Shown here piece by piece: positions 53,002 to 62,551 of a stretch of DNA of 64,000 nucleotides. Made by a program: the position numbers and the translations under genes. Positions within the stretch are counted from its first letter, which is position 1. Every line of letters begins with the position of its first letter. The notes below the pieces were generated by a model. That model had not been told where the DNA came from. It saw nothing but the letters and a program-made list of their open reading frames with translations, and searched no databases. The DNA comes from Candidatus Eiseniibacteriota bacterium (GTDB lineage Bacteria; Eisenbacteria; RBG-16-71-46; SZUA-252): contig VBOR01000057.1 in the NCBI GenBank assembly GCA_005893165.1, forward strand, positions 15,408 to 79,407, given 5' to 3'.

Positions 53002-54936
53002 CTACCGTCCTCCCGCCTCGACCTTGACCCCCGGGGGCCGTCCCGCCGCGCGGCCCACCGAGTGGGTCATGCCCGGGATCTTGTCGGTCGTCTTCGCGTA
53101 GTACCGCGCCACCGTGATCCAGTAGGTCAGCATGAAGAGGAGCGCGAGCGGGATCCGCTTCGCCAATCCCGAGCCGGGCACCGGCAGCACGTCCGAGGAG
53201 GGAACCAGGGCGCCGTTCGCGATCACGAGCAGAGCCGCCGACACCATGACCAGGATGGCGAAGAATCCGCTCAGGGAGGCGCCGCGCAGCATCTGGCCCG
53301 CGCCGGGAAGAAGGAACGTGGTGGCCGTTTCGCGGAAGGTTCTGCGCTTCGCGGCACGGCTGCCCCGTCCCGTGAGGAGGAGCCGCGTGAACTCGATGGA
53401 TTTGAGGTCCTTCACCGCGCCGAAGCACTCCTCGCAGAACGCGCGCTGCTGCTGCCGGAACACGCAGCGGCGGCAGACCACCTTCTGGCAATTCGAGCAC
53501 TGCAGCGTGGCGAGCGCGCGCCCCATCATCTGCCCGAGCCCCGCGAAGCAAAGGAAGAGGGCCACCAGGAAGAAGAGCGAGAAGGGAGGCGGGGGAGCGA
53601 GCCGCGTCAGGAACGAGAGCCAGCGATTGCTCTGGACCGCCGAGAGGCCGCGCTCGGGAGCGGTCCGCCGCGCCAGATCCCAGAGGGCCTCGATCTCGGG
53701 CATCGCCTCCATCACCGTCCGGTTCAGCTGAGGCGTGCTGATCCGGCTCATGTCGCGGACGCGGTCGAACGCGAGCGACATGGCGAGCGACTGCTCGCGG
53801 TTCGCCTCGGAGAAGAGGAGCTGCTTCGTGTAGGTCTGCCCGAGATTGAAGTGAGGCTCGGCGGCGCGGGGCCGGGCCTTGGCCGCCGCTTCGTACGCCG
53901 CGCGCGCGCGATCGTAGTCTTCGCGCGCGAAGTAGACGTTCCCGAGATTCACCAGCGTCCAGACGGTGTTGGGCCGCAGCGCGTCCGCGCGCAGGAGCTC
54001 GCGCTCCGCCGTATCGAGGTCCCCCTGGCGCCGGGCGAGGGTTCCCAGCGTGAAGGGGTAGAGCGGCTCCTTGGGATCCCGCATCCGGAGCGCCGTCAGG
54101 GCGCCCGAGGCTTCCGCGTCCGCGCCGGCGCGGAGCGAGCGATCCACGAGAAGGCTGGCCTCCTCGAGACTCGGCGGCCCCGCCCAGGGCGCCACCGTGT
54201 TCAGGAACGAGGAGACGCCCAGCACCGAGACCAGGAACAGCACGATCAGGAATCCTTCACGCCGGCCGACGCGGAACGACACCAGTCCCGCGTAGACCGT
54301 GGCGGTGGGAATGGGGCCGAGCCCCCACAGGAGCGGGGCGAGCACGATCAAGGTCGCGCCGGTCCGCGCGAGAAGGCTCTTCCCGCGGCCCACCAGCTCG
54401 AGAACGATGTGGATGAGGTGCGGCAGATGCCGAAGCGTGATCCCGACGATTGCGAAGAGGAGGCTGATCGTCCACACGACGAGGAACCCGGTCAGCACGT
54501 TGGCGAGCAGGTGCCGCTGCCAGGAGTAATGGCGCCCGACGATCCGGAGCGCTTCGCACAGCTCTCCGAACGCGCGCTCCGGATTCCGGAAGGTGAGAAC
54601 GCGGGCGAGCGTGAAATGAGGATCGGGGTACGCCGGATCGAAGTCCGCCGCGGCCCCGAGAAGGCGGGTCGCCTCGGGAGTGTTGCCGGCCTGGAGGGCG
54701 GCCAGCGCCTCGCGGTATCGCGCCTGGGCCGGAGCGAGCGCGCGGATCTGGCCCGCGTTCCGCATCTGCTCCAGCTCCTCCTGCACGGCATCGGAGCCGG
54801 CATAGGCGGAGACGGAGGGGGCGAACGCGGAACCGATCGGAGCGAGCGACGCGAGCGCGATTCCCGCCGTCACCGCCGCCCGAACGAGCGGTCCCACCCA
54901 CGCGCGCCCTGGTTTCAAGGGCTCGATTCGCGCCAC
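53002..54936 (-). CDS. Large polytopic membrane protein with TPR repeats and a Cys-rich zinc-ribbon-like segment
   Basis: Several TM clusters, TPR-like AYEAAAKARPRAAEPHFNLGQTY, CSNCQKVVCRRC...CEEC; forms an operon with the DUF4388 gene (1-nt gap). Confidence 0.65.
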   Translation of the reverse strand: MARIEPLKPGRAWVGPLVRAAVTAGIALASLAPIGSAFAPSVSAYAGSDAVQEELEQMRNAGQIRALAPAQARYREALAALQAGNTPEATRLLGAAADFDPAYPDPHFTLARVLTFRNPERAFGELCEALRIVGRHYSWQRHLLANVLTGFLVVWTISLLFAIVGITLRHLPHLIHIVLELVGRGKSLLARTGATLIVLAPLLWGLGPIPTATVYAGLVSFRVGRREGFLIVLFLVSVLGVSSFLNTVAPWAGPPSLEEASLLVDRSLRAGADAEASGALTALRMRDPKEPLYPFTLGTLARRQGDLDTAERELLRADALRPNTVWTLVNLGNVYFAREDYDRARAAYEAAAKARPRAAEPHFNLGQTYTKQLLFSEANREQSLAMSLAFDRVRDMSRISTPQLNRTVMEAMPEIEALWDLARRTAPERGLSAVQSNRWLSFLTRLAPPPPFSLFFLVALFLCFAGLGQMMGRALATLQCSNCQKVVCRRCVFRQQQRAFCEECFGAVKDLKSIEFTRLLLTGRGSRAAKRRTFRETATTFLLPGAGQMLRGASLSGFFAILVMVSAALLVIANGALVPSSDVLPVPGSGLAKRIPLALLFMLTYWITVARYYAKTTDKIPGMTHSVGRAAGRPPGVKVEAGGR

Positions 54937-55051
54937 TGCCGCAACTTAGGTTCGAGGGCCGGGGGAGTCAAGGGAAATGTCCCCCGCGGCATGCTATCCT
55001 CCCTCGCTTCAAGGGGCCGCGGGCCCTTTCCATTCGAGTGGAGGTCGAAGC

Positions 55052-56353
55052 ATGGGCGACACCGCGACCCGCATCGGGGCGCTTCGGGGAAAAATCGGCG
55101 AAGAAGTCCGGATCCAGGGATGGCTCTACAACCGCCGCTCGAGCGGGAAGCTGGAGTTTCTCCTCGTGCGCGACGGAAGCGGAACGGTGCAGTGCGTCGC
55201 GGTGAACGCGGAGCTTCCCGAAGCGGTCTTCGCGAAGTGCGCCGCGGTGACGCAGGAATCCTCGGTGCGGGTCACCGGGATCGTGCGCGAGGACAAGCGT
55301 GCCCCGAGCGGCGTGGAGCTCTCCCTTCGCGATCTCGAAGTGGTGGGTCCGAGCGTGGATTTTCCGATCACGCCGAAGGAACACGGACCTTCCTTCCTCC
55401 TGGACCAGCGCCACCTCTGGATCCGCTCGCCGCGCCAGGCCGCGATCCTCAAGGTGCGACACTCCCTCGTCCAGGCGTGCCGTGACTGGCTCAACCGGGA
55501 CGGATTCATCCTCGCCGACGCGCCGATCTTCACTCCCTCGGCGTGCGAGGGCACGACCACCCTCTTCGAGACCCAGTACTTCGGCGAGAAGGCGTATCTG
55601 ACCCAGAGCGGGCAGCTCTACAACGAGGCCACCGCGATGGCGTTCGGGAAGACCTACTGCTTCGGCCCCACGTTCCGGGCGGAGAAATCCAAGACGCGCC
55701 GGCATCTGATCGAGTTCTGGATGGTGGAGCCGGAGATCGCGTTCGCCACGCTCGAGGACGTGATGGCGCTGATCGAGCGGTTCGTCGAGGGGATCGTGGG
55801 GCGCGTTCTGGAGGAGCGCCGCGAGGAGCTGAAGGTCCTCGAGCGCGATCCGGCCCCGCTCGAGGGCGTCAAGGCGCCCTTCCCGAGAGTCTCCTACGAC
55901 GAGGCGGTCCGGATCCTGAAAGAGAAGAAGGGGCTGCCCTTCGAGTGGGGGTCGGATTTCGGCGCGGCGGACGAGACCGCGCTCACCGAGGACTACGACC
56001 GGCCGTTCTTCGTCCATGGCTTTCCCGCGGCGGTGAAAGCCTTCTACATGAAGCGCGACCCCAAGGACGACCGGCTCTCGCTCTCCTGCGACCTGCTCGC
56101 CCCGGAGGGCTACGGGGAGATCGTGGGAGGGGGCGAGCGCGAGGATTCGCTGGATCGGCTGGTCGGCCGCATCCGCGAGCACGAGCTTCCGCTCGAAGCC
56201 TTCGAGTGGTACCTCGATCTCCGCCGTTACGGATCCGTTCCCCACAGCGGGTTCGGAATGGGGATCGAGCGGACGCTGACCTGGATCTGCGGCATCGAGC
56301 ACCTCCGGGAGACGATCCCGTTCCCTCGCATGCTGAACCGCCTCCGTCCGTAA
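55052..56353 (+). CDS. asnS: Asparaginyl-tRNA synthetase (class IIb)
   Basis: Motif 1 [10 protein letters not shown], motif 2 [19 protein letters not shown], motif 3 GFGMGIERT; start at the internal Met of ORF 54977..56353. Confidence 0.85.
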   Translation: MGDTATRIGALRGKIGEEVRIQGWLYNRRSSGKLEFLLVRDGSGTVQCVAVNAELPEAVFAKCAAVTQESSVRVTGIVREDKRAPSGVELSLRDLEVVGPSVDFPITPKEHGPSFLLDQRHLWIRSPRQAAILKVRHSLVQACRDWLNRDGFILADAPIFTPSACEGTTTLFETQYFGEKAYLTQSGQLYNEATAMAFGKTYCFGPTFRAEKSKTRRHLIEFWMVEPEIAFATLEDVMALIERFVEGIVGRVLEERREELKVLERDPAPLEGVKAPFPRVSYDEAVRILKEKKGLPFEWGSDFGAADETALTEDYDRPFFVHGFPAAVKAFYMKRDPKDDRLSLSCDLLAPEGYGEIVGGGEREDSLDRLVGRIREHELPLEAFEWYLDLRRYGSVPHSGFGMGIERTLTWICGIEHLRETIPFPRMLNRLRP

Positions 56354-56387
56354 CCTCTTCGTAACCTTGCGTGAGGCGCCCGGGCGG

Positions 56388-56407
56388 GGACGCTCCCGGA
56401 AGCGTCC
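56388..56407 (+). terminator. Hairpin GGACGCT-cccgga-AGCGTCC downstream of asnS (weak, no clear U-tract)
   Basis: Read directly. Confidence 0.25.
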
Positions 56408-56423
56408 CGGACCAGAATTTGCG

Positions 56424-56453
56424 TTGACAGAATCTCCCGCGCCGCACTAAGTT
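56424..56453 (+). promoter_or_regulatory. Sigma-70-type promoter TTGACA-N18-TAAGTT
   Basis: Read directly in the asnS / PstS-like gap. Confidence 0.45.
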
Positions 56454-56653
56454 CCAGCCTCTTTTCGGCTGCGCGATCGCGTTCGCTTGCCACCCCAGAC
56501 CGGGTGGCGTTTTTGCGAGCAGCGCGCGCGCCCTTCAGCCGGGATGCCGGGGAATAAATCGGCGCAGATCGGGGTATTCAGGGCAGGATCTGGGCTCGCC
56601 ACGCAGGTTTGGGGCGAGTTGACACGGCTTCATGGGGTGGGTACTCTGGCATC

Positions 56654-57568
56654 GTGAGAGTCACGGGCCGGGTGCGAGGCACCTGGCTGCATCGGGTGGC
56701 GTTCGCGCTCCTGGCGTTTGGCCTTGGCTCGTGCTCGTCGCCCTCCCCCCCGCGCGAGATCCCTCCCGCACCGATCGTCCTTGCCGGCGCCGAGCACCTG
56801 GTCCCAATGCTACGAGGAGAGATTCAGGCGTTCCGGGACCGCGACTCGGCGGCAGCCGAGATCCGGGCGATCCCGAACGGTTCGGCGGAGGGTATGGAGC
56901 AGCTCGTCAACGGTGAAGTCACCATGTCGGTCCTCATGCGCGAGTTGACCGATCCGGAGGTCAAGGCCGCGATGGCGCGGCAGGGGCTGAATGCGTTCCC
57001 GTTCGCGTGGGACGCGGTCGCGGTGATCGTGAATCCGCGCTCCCCCATCCGACAGCTTTCGAGGACCGAGCTGGCCCAGATCTACCGCGGCGAGATCACC
57101 GACTGGGCGGATCTGGGCTGGAGGCAGGGGGGCGAGATCATTCCCCTCACCACCGGTCCGAAGCTGGGTCTCTACGAGTTTCTCCAGCAGTCGCTCCTGG
57201 GCGGCGACCCGTACGGGGCGCGCATCTACGCCCAGAAGGGCGAGCCGGAGATCCGGGACCTCGTCGCGTCCCGTCAGGACGCGATCGGATGCGTTTCCAG
57301 GCAGTTCGTGGACGAGCGCGTGCGCGCGCTCGCCGTCTCCACGGCCAAGGGACTTCCGTACGTGCCCCTGACCCGGGAGACGACGATGCTTCGCCGGTAC
57401 CCGCTCATGCGAGGGCTTTCGCTCTGCACGCAGTCGCGGCCGCCGGCCACCGCGACCGATTTCATCAATTTCGTCACCAGCGTGGACGGCCAGCAGATCG
57501 TCTCACGTCACGGCTACACGCCGGTGATTCCCGTGCGCGTCGTGCGCACCGCAGAGGAGGCACAGTGA
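56654..57568 (+). CDS. PstS-family periplasmic phosphate/anion-binding lipoprotein
   Basis: Lipobox LAFGLGSC; PBP-like fold; start codon uncertain (GTG at 56654, 56672 or 56696). Confidence 0.65.
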   Translation: MRVTGRVRGTWLHRVAFALLAFGLGSCSSPSPPREIPPAPIVLAGAEHLVPMLRGEIQAFRDRDSAAAEIRAIPNGSAEGMEQLVNGEVTMSVLMRELTDPEVKAAMARQGLNAFPFAWDAVAVIVNPRSPIRQLSRTELAQIYRGEITDWADLGWRQGGEIIPLTTGPKLGLYEFLQQSLLGGDPYGARIYAQKGEPEIRDLVASRQDAIGCVSRQFVDERVRALAVSTAKGLPYVPLTRETTMLRRYPLMRGLSLCTQSRPPATATDFINFVTSVDGQQIVSRHGYTPVIPVRVVRTAEEAQ

Positions 57569-59490
57569 ACCCCGTATTTCGCCGCGTCCTTTCCCTGACC
57601 GTGGGAGGGATGCTTCTCGCCGCCGCGGCGGCGTATGCCCTGCAGTCCGGGGACATCATCAAGCAGGGCGTCGAGGCCTACCGGGCGGGGCAATACAAAC
57701 GCGCGCTCGAGCTCTTCACGCAGGCCCAGCGGCTGGATCCGGGCGGGGCCAAGCCGCACTACTTCATCGGGAGCGCCCTCGAGAAGGTGGAGGAGCCGGA
57801 CAGCGCCCGCGTCGAGTACGAGACCGCGATCCGGATCGATCCCAAGTACGTCGAGGCCCTGACCGGGCTTGGGAAGCTGCTCCGCAAGCAGGGAAAGGAA
57901 GAAGGGATCCAGAAGCTCGAGGAGGCCGTGAAGTACGGCCCCAAGGATGCGGGCGCCCTCTACGCGCTGGGTCTGGCCTACCTTCAAGACAAGCGCTGGG
58001 ACGACGCCTACAAGGTGTTCACCAAGGGCACCCTCTTGAAGCAGGGACGCGGAGCGTTCCTCGCGGGCCAGGCGCTCGCGCTCGAGGGTAAGGGAGAGAC
58101 GAAGAAGGCGGAGGAGATCTTCATCCGGGCGCGCGAGACCGATCCCAACAATCTTCGCATCCGGTTGGACATGGGCGGATTCTACGAGCGGCGGAAGATC
58201 CCCGTCCTCGCCGCGCCCGAATACGTGAAGGCTACCGAGCTCGATCCAAAGAACCCGGAGACCCACTACCTCGCCGGCCGCGCGCTGGTCGGGATGAACG
58301 AGTTCAACGCCGGGCTGAAGGAATACATGGCGGCCATCGCGGCGGATTCGTCCTACGCACCCGCCTATCTGGAGGCCGGGCGCCTGTATTACCGCGCCGG
58401 ACCGATCCACATGGCCGAGGCCGCCGAAAAGCTTCGCACCTACACGAGCCTCAAGCCGGACGACCCCCAGGGATACATGGAATTGGGCCGCGCGCTCGCG
58501 AAGAGCCAGAATCCCGACGATCGGCAGGCGGCGATTCCCATTCTCGAGAAGGCGTACGAGCAGAACCCCCAATCCTGCGAGGTGGCGGGAGCCCTGGGCA
58601 AGCTCTACTTCGAGCGCAATCCGCCCGACACGGAGAATGCCCTGAAGTACTACGACAAGTACGCGCAGTGCGCGGACACGCTCATGACCGCGGAGGAGCA
58701 TCTGCGCCTCGGCACGATGTACGTGGCCGCAAAGGACTCCTCGAAAGCCGTGCCGCAGCTCATGAAGGCCGTCCAGATGGACTCGACGAAGACCAAGGAC
58801 GCGGACTTCCAGCTCGGGTTCCTGTATTTCGCGCGAAGGGACTACGCCGGAGCGATTCCTTACTTCGAGGCGGCGCTTCGCGCGGACTCCGCATTCGTCC
58901 CCGCGCTCATGAACATCGGTCTTGCCGAGCTGGCGGTGAAGCAGCCGAACGTCGGAATCGCCTACCTTCGCCGTGCGCTCGATGTGAATCCCAAGGACAA
59001 TCGCCCGCGGATCTGGATCGGGCAGACCCTGACCTCGCTCGATTCGCTTCCGGAAGCGCTCGAGATGTACCAGCAGGCGATGGCCGCGGAGCCGGAGAAC
59101 GCGGAGGCCCAGCGCGGGGCGGGCGTGGTGCTCCTGCTCCAGAAGAACTGGGCCGACGCGATTCCCTCTCTCGAGAAGGCGGTGCAGCTCGAGCCGGAAA
59201 ACATCCAGGGTCACATCTGGCTCGCTCAGGCCTACTCCAACAGCGGCGACATTCCGAAGGCGAAGGCGGAATTCAACAAGGTCTTCGACCTGGATCCGAA
59301 CAACAAGGAAGCGGCGAAGGGTCTGGACTACATCCGGAAATACGAGGCGGCGAAAGCCGCGAAGCAGAGCGGGGCGACGAAGCCCGCCGAAGCCGCGAAG
59401 CAGAGCGGGACGGCGAAGCCCGCCGCGGACCCGAAGCAGGATAAGACCGCGATCAAGAGCGGGGCGGCCAAGAAGAGCGGCACGCCCTGA
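57565..59490 (+). CDS. Secreted TPR-repeat protein with a Lys/Ala-rich repetitive C-terminal tail
   Basis: Signal peptide, more than 10 TPR units, tail AAKQSGATKPAEAAKQSGTAKPAADPKQDK. Confidence 0.75.
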   Translation: MNPVFRRVLSLTVGGMLLAAAAAYALQSGDIIKQGVEAYRAGQYKRALELFTQAQRLDPGGAKPHYFIGSALEKVEEPDSARVEYETAIRIDPKYVEALTGLGKLLRKQGKEEGIQKLEEAVKYGPKDAGALYALGLAYLQDKRWDDAYKVFTKGTLLKQGRGAFLAGQALALEGKGETKKAEEIFIRARETDPNNLRIRLDMGGFYERRKIPVLAAPEYVKATELDPKNPETHYLAGRALVGMNEFNAGLKEYMAAIAADSSYAPAYLEAGRLYYRAGPIHMAEAAEKLRTYTSLKPDDPQGYMELGRALAKSQNPDDRQAAIPILEKAYEQNPQSCEVAGALGKLYFERNPPDTENALKYYDKYAQCADTLMTAEEHLRLGTMYVAAKDSSKAVPQLMKAVQMDSTKTKDADFQLGFLYFARRDYAGAIPYFEAALRADSAFVPALMNIGLAELAVKQPNVGIAYLRRALDVNPKDNRPRIWIGQTLTSLDSLPEALEMYQQAMAAEPENAEAQRGAGVVLLLQKNWADAIPSLEKAVQLEPENIQGHIWLAQAYSNSGDIPKAKAEFNKVFDLDPNNKEAAKGLDYIRKYEAAKAAKQSGATKPAEAAKQSGTAKPAADPKQDKTAIKSGAAKKSGTP

Positions 59491-59523
59491 CGGCGGCGAG
59501 GAGCCGCGGAGAGGGAGGAATCG

Positions 59524-59862
59524 ATGAGTCTGGATGTCCGAACGGTGGGGGACGTCACGATGCTCACCCCCAAGGGGATGCTCCTCGGGGGCAAGGAGAC
59601 GGACGAGCTCCAGTCCAAGATTCGCGAGCTGTCGGAGGCGGGAAACAAGAAGCTCCTCATCAATCTCGGGAACACCACCTTCATGAACAGCGTCTCGCTG
59701 GGCGTGCTGATCGGCGGCCACACGAGCTACGCCAAGCGGGGGGCGAAGATGAAGCTCGCCGCGGTGGACAAGAAGATCCAGAACATCTTCGTGGTGACCA
59801 AGCTCTCGCTGGTCTTCGACGTGTACGACACCGAGAAGGAGGCCCTGAAGAGTTTCGAGTAG
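59524..59862 (+). CDS. STAS-domain protein (anti-sigma-factor antagonist SpoIIAA-like)
   Basis: 112 aa, ...LLINLGNTTFMNSVSLGVLIG... Confidence 0.75.
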   Translation: MSLDVRTVGDVTMLTPKGMLLGGKETDELQSKIRELSEAGNKKLLINLGNTTFMNSVSLGVLIGGHTSYAKRGAKMKLAAVDKKIQNIFVVTKLSLVFDVYDTEKEALKSFE

Positions 59863-59886
59863 GATGGTGCCTGGAACAGGCATCCC

Positions 59887-59916
59887 TTGCCGGGCCGGGG
59901 AGCCTTGTAGCATACT
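59887..59916 (+). promoter_or_regulatory. Possible sigma-70 promoter TTGCCG-N18-CATACT upstream of exbB
   Basis: Read directly; weak. Confidence 0.25.
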
Positions 59917-60032
59917 GAGAGTCTGGCCCAATGCGGGGCCAGCGTGGAGCTTATGCGGTGCCCCTCGAGTCGTGTCGAGTCGGTACCGAACGAGTGACCG
60001 GCTCGCATCAACAATGATTGAAGGAGGTTTCG

Positions 60033-60755
60033 GTGAAACAGGGTTTGTTCATGACGATGGTGGCGGTCGTCGCGCTCGCAATCGCGATCGTGGTCTACAT
60101 GTTCCTGCCGGATTACATCCGGAAGGGCGGACCGCTCGTCGCGCTCCTCATCATGCTCTCCATCATGTCCGTGACGCTCACGTTCGAGCGGCTCTTCACG
60201 CTCAACCGCGCGCGCGGGAAGATGCCGGTCCCGGCGTTCATGCGCGAGATCCGGAAGAGGCTGGACTCCGGTGACATCGAGGGCGCGGCCGAGCTGTGCG
60301 CCAAGCAGCGGGGATCGCTGGCGAACGTGCTCCGGGCCGGGCTGGACCGCTACCTGGTCGTGCGCAACGTGAATCTCGATCTGAAGACGCGGATGGAAGA
60401 AGTGCAGAAGGCGATGGAAGAGGCGAACATGCTCGAAGTGCCGCTCCTCGAGCGCAATCTGATCGCGCTCGCGACGATCGCCTCGATCGCGACCATGGTG
60501 GGACTCCTCGGCACGGTCATCGGGATGATCCGCTCCTTCGCCGCGCTCGGCCAGACGGGCTCGGTCGACGCCGTCAAGCTGGCGCTCGGGATCTCCGAGG
60601 CGCTCATCAATACCGCCGGCGGTCTCTTCGTCGCGATCTTCTCGATCGTGCTCTACAACGTGTTCGTCACGATGATCGACAACTTCAACTACATGATGGA
60701 CGAGGCGACCGTGGAGGTCGTCGAGGTCCTCTCGATGAAAGAGGCGACGAAGTAA
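60033..60755 (+). CDS. exbB: MotA/TolQ/ExbB proton-channel protein
   Basis: RBS AAGGAGG 5 nt upstream of GTG; 3 TM; conserved LGTVIGMI / ALINTAGGL. Confidence 0.85.
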   Translation: MKQGLFMTMVAVVALAIAIVVYMFLPDYIRKGGPLVALLIMLSIMSVTLTFERLFTLNRARGKMPVPAFMREIRKRLDSGDIEGAAELCAKQRGSLANVLRAGLDRYLVVRNVNLDLKTRMEEVQKAMEEANMLEVPLLERNLIALATIASIATMVGLLGTVIGMIRSFAALGQTGSVDAVKLALGISEALINTAGGLFVAIFSIVLYNVFVTMIDNFNYMMDEATVEVVEVLSMKEATK

Positions 60756-61199
60756 ATGGCCGCGAAGAAGATGCGCCGTATCGGAATCAAGATCGACATG
60801 ACGCCCATGGTGGACGTGGCGTTCCTGCTCCTGATCTTCTTCATGTCGACCTCGCAGTTCGATCCGCCGCAGAAGGTTCCGATCACGATCCCGGACAGCC
60901 ATTCGAACCTGAAAGTGCCGGAGTCCGACGTCATGACGATCGGCATCTCCAAGGAAAATCAGATCCTGTACCAGATCGGGAAGCAGCCGCAGGAGTACAC
61001 GGATATCGCGAACCTGGAGACGGTGGTGACCGGCGCGCGCCGCAGAAATCCCAGGCTACGCGTGGCCATCAAGGCGGACAAGGTCTCGGACTACGGGACC
61101 ATGGAAGACGTCATGGCGGTAATGCAGAAAACGAACACGATCACCTTCAGCCTGGTCACCGAGCTCATCGCGAGCAAGAAGAGTGCGATGAGCCACTAG
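60756..61199 (+). CDS. exbD: ExbD/TolR biopolymer transport protein
   Basis: IDMTPMVDVAFLLLIFFM single-TM motif. Confidence 0.85.
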   Translation: MAAKKMRRIGIKIDMTPMVDVAFLLLIFFMSTSQFDPPQKVPITIPDSHSNLKVPESDVMTIGISKENQILYQIGKQPQEYTDIANLETVVTGARRRNPRLRVAIKADKVSDYGTMEDVMAVMQKTNTITFSLVTELIASKKSAMSH

Positions 61200-61236
61200 G
61201 CTCAACGAAGGATCGACTGGAAGGAGCGTTGTTCCC

Positions 61237-61749
61237 ATGGGTGCGGTAGACACCCCTGAATCAGGCGTAAAACACAAAAAGGGCCGGAGACGGAAGCCCA
61301 AGCGCATCGGGATCAAGATCGACATGACCCCGATGGTCGACGTGGCCTTCCTGCTCCTGATTTTCTTCATGTGCACCACGGTGTTCCGCAAGCCGCAGGC
61401 GCTCGAGATCAACCTTCCCCCCGACCCGAACGCCAAGGTGGAGATCGCGGAATCGAATGTGATGACGCTCCGGGTCGTGGCGGGTCCAGATAGCACGCGC
61501 GGTGACGTGCGCGCGTTCTGGAGGATCGCCAAGGATCCGTTCCAGGAAGTGAACGTGGAGAAGCTGCAGCCCATCTTCGAGACCGAGGTGAAGAAGAACT
61601 CGAAGCTGGTCGTGCTCGTGAAAATCGACCGCAAGGCGAAGTACCGGTACATGGTCGACATCATCGACCAGCTCCAGTTCGCCGAGCTGAACCGCTTCTC
61701 GCTGGCGCCGCTCTTGCCTGAGGAGAAGAAGGAGGTCGAGGCGCTGTGA
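61237..61749 (+). CDS. exbD: ExbD/TolR paralogue (tandem)
   Basis: Same IDMTPMVDVAFLLLIFFM core; DNA about 85% identical to the upstream copy over roughly 65 bp. Confidence 0.85.
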   Translation: MGAVDTPESGVKHKKGRRRKPKRIGIKIDMTPMVDVAFLLLIFFMCTTVFRKPQALEINLPPDPNAKVEIAESNVMTLRVVAGPDSTRGDVRAFWRIAKDPFQEVNVEKLQPIFETEVKKNSKLVVLVKIDRKAKYRYMVDIIDQLQFAELNRFSLAPLLPEEKKEVEAL

Positions 61750-62477
61750 CGGCGACCCGAGCAGTGACCACGCCGGACTTCACGGACACGAGCGAGCGCA
61801 TCCCGATCGGCGCCGCCGATCTGAAGGCGAACGCGCAGCGTCTGCTCCGCAAGGCGCTCATCATCTCCGCGGCGATCCACCTGGGGCTGATCGGGATCTA
61901 CGTGGCCACGACGATCTGGAAGCCCAGGGACGAGGTCGAGTACACGGGTCGCGTGATCCGCATGCAGACCCTGCCGCCTCCTCCGCCGCTCTCGAACGCG
62001 CCCCCGCCGCCCGTGATCCCGAACCAGCCCATCGTGAAGCCCACGATCGGAACGCCCGTGCCCGTGGCGGACGCGCTGGCTCCCGAGCAGACGATCATGA
62101 CGCAGCAGGAGATCTCCGCGCTCAACTCGCCGGTCGGCGTGAGCGGCTCGGGGAAGGACAGCCTCGTGATCGCGTCTTCCGACGACATGCCCTCGGAAGG
62201 GGAGTTCGTCTACTACGAGGACGAGCCCGTGCCGGTGACGCGGGTGGAGCCCGCGTATCCAGAATTCGCGCGGGAGGCGCAGATCCAGGGCAAGGTGGTC
62301 CTCCACGTCCTCGTGGGGAAAGACGGCAGGGTCAAGAACGTGAAGGTGATCAAGGGCGTGACCGGGCTCAACGAGGAGGCCGTGAAAGCCATCCAGAAGT
62401 GGGTCTTCAAGCCGGCGCTCAGCAACAACAAGCCGGTCGCGGTCTGGGTCGAAGTCCCCATGGATTTCCACTTCTGA
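61746..62477 (+). CDS. tonB: TonB-family energy transducer (N-terminal TM, Pro-rich linker, TonB C-terminal domain)
   Basis: PPPPPLSNAPPPP linker; C-terminus EPAYPEFAREAQIQGKVVLHVLV... Confidence 0.8.
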   Translation: MTATRAVTTPDFTDTSERIPIGAADLKANAQRLLRKALIISAAIHLGLIGIYVATTIWKPRDEVEYTGRVIRMQTLPPPPPLSNAPPPPVIPNQPIVKPTIGTPVPVADALAPEQTIMTQQEISALNSPVGVSGSGKDSLVIASSDDMPSEGEFVYYEDEPVPVTRVEPAYPEFAREAQIQGKVVLHVLVGKDGRVKNVKVIKGVTGLNEEAVKAIQKWVFKPALSNNKPVAVWVEVPMDFHF

Positions 62478-62484
62478 CGTTCGT

Positions 62485-62516
62485 GCGCGGCGTGAGGCCG
62501 CGCTTCGTTTCCTTTT
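62485..62516 (+). terminator. Rho-independent terminator: GCGCGGC-gtgag-GCCGCGC followed by a T-rich tract
   Basis: Read directly downstream of the tonB stop. Confidence 0.6.
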
Positions 62517-62543
62517 GACACCCCGAGGGCTCGGAGCTAGTCT
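62515..62543 (+). promoter_or_regulatory. Sigma-70 promoter TTGACA-N17-TAGTCT only 8 nt before the ATG (leaderless or near-leaderless transcript)
   Basis: Read directly. Confidence 0.5.
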
Positions 62544-62551
62544 CCCGGGAC

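Noticed and set aside
59869-59900. Sigma-54 promoter (TGGAAC...CTTGC) upstream of exbB
   Set aside because: The GG-to-GC spacing is 16 nt instead of 12; more likely just a 6-bp hairpin (TGCCTG-gaac-CAGGCA) after the STAS gene.
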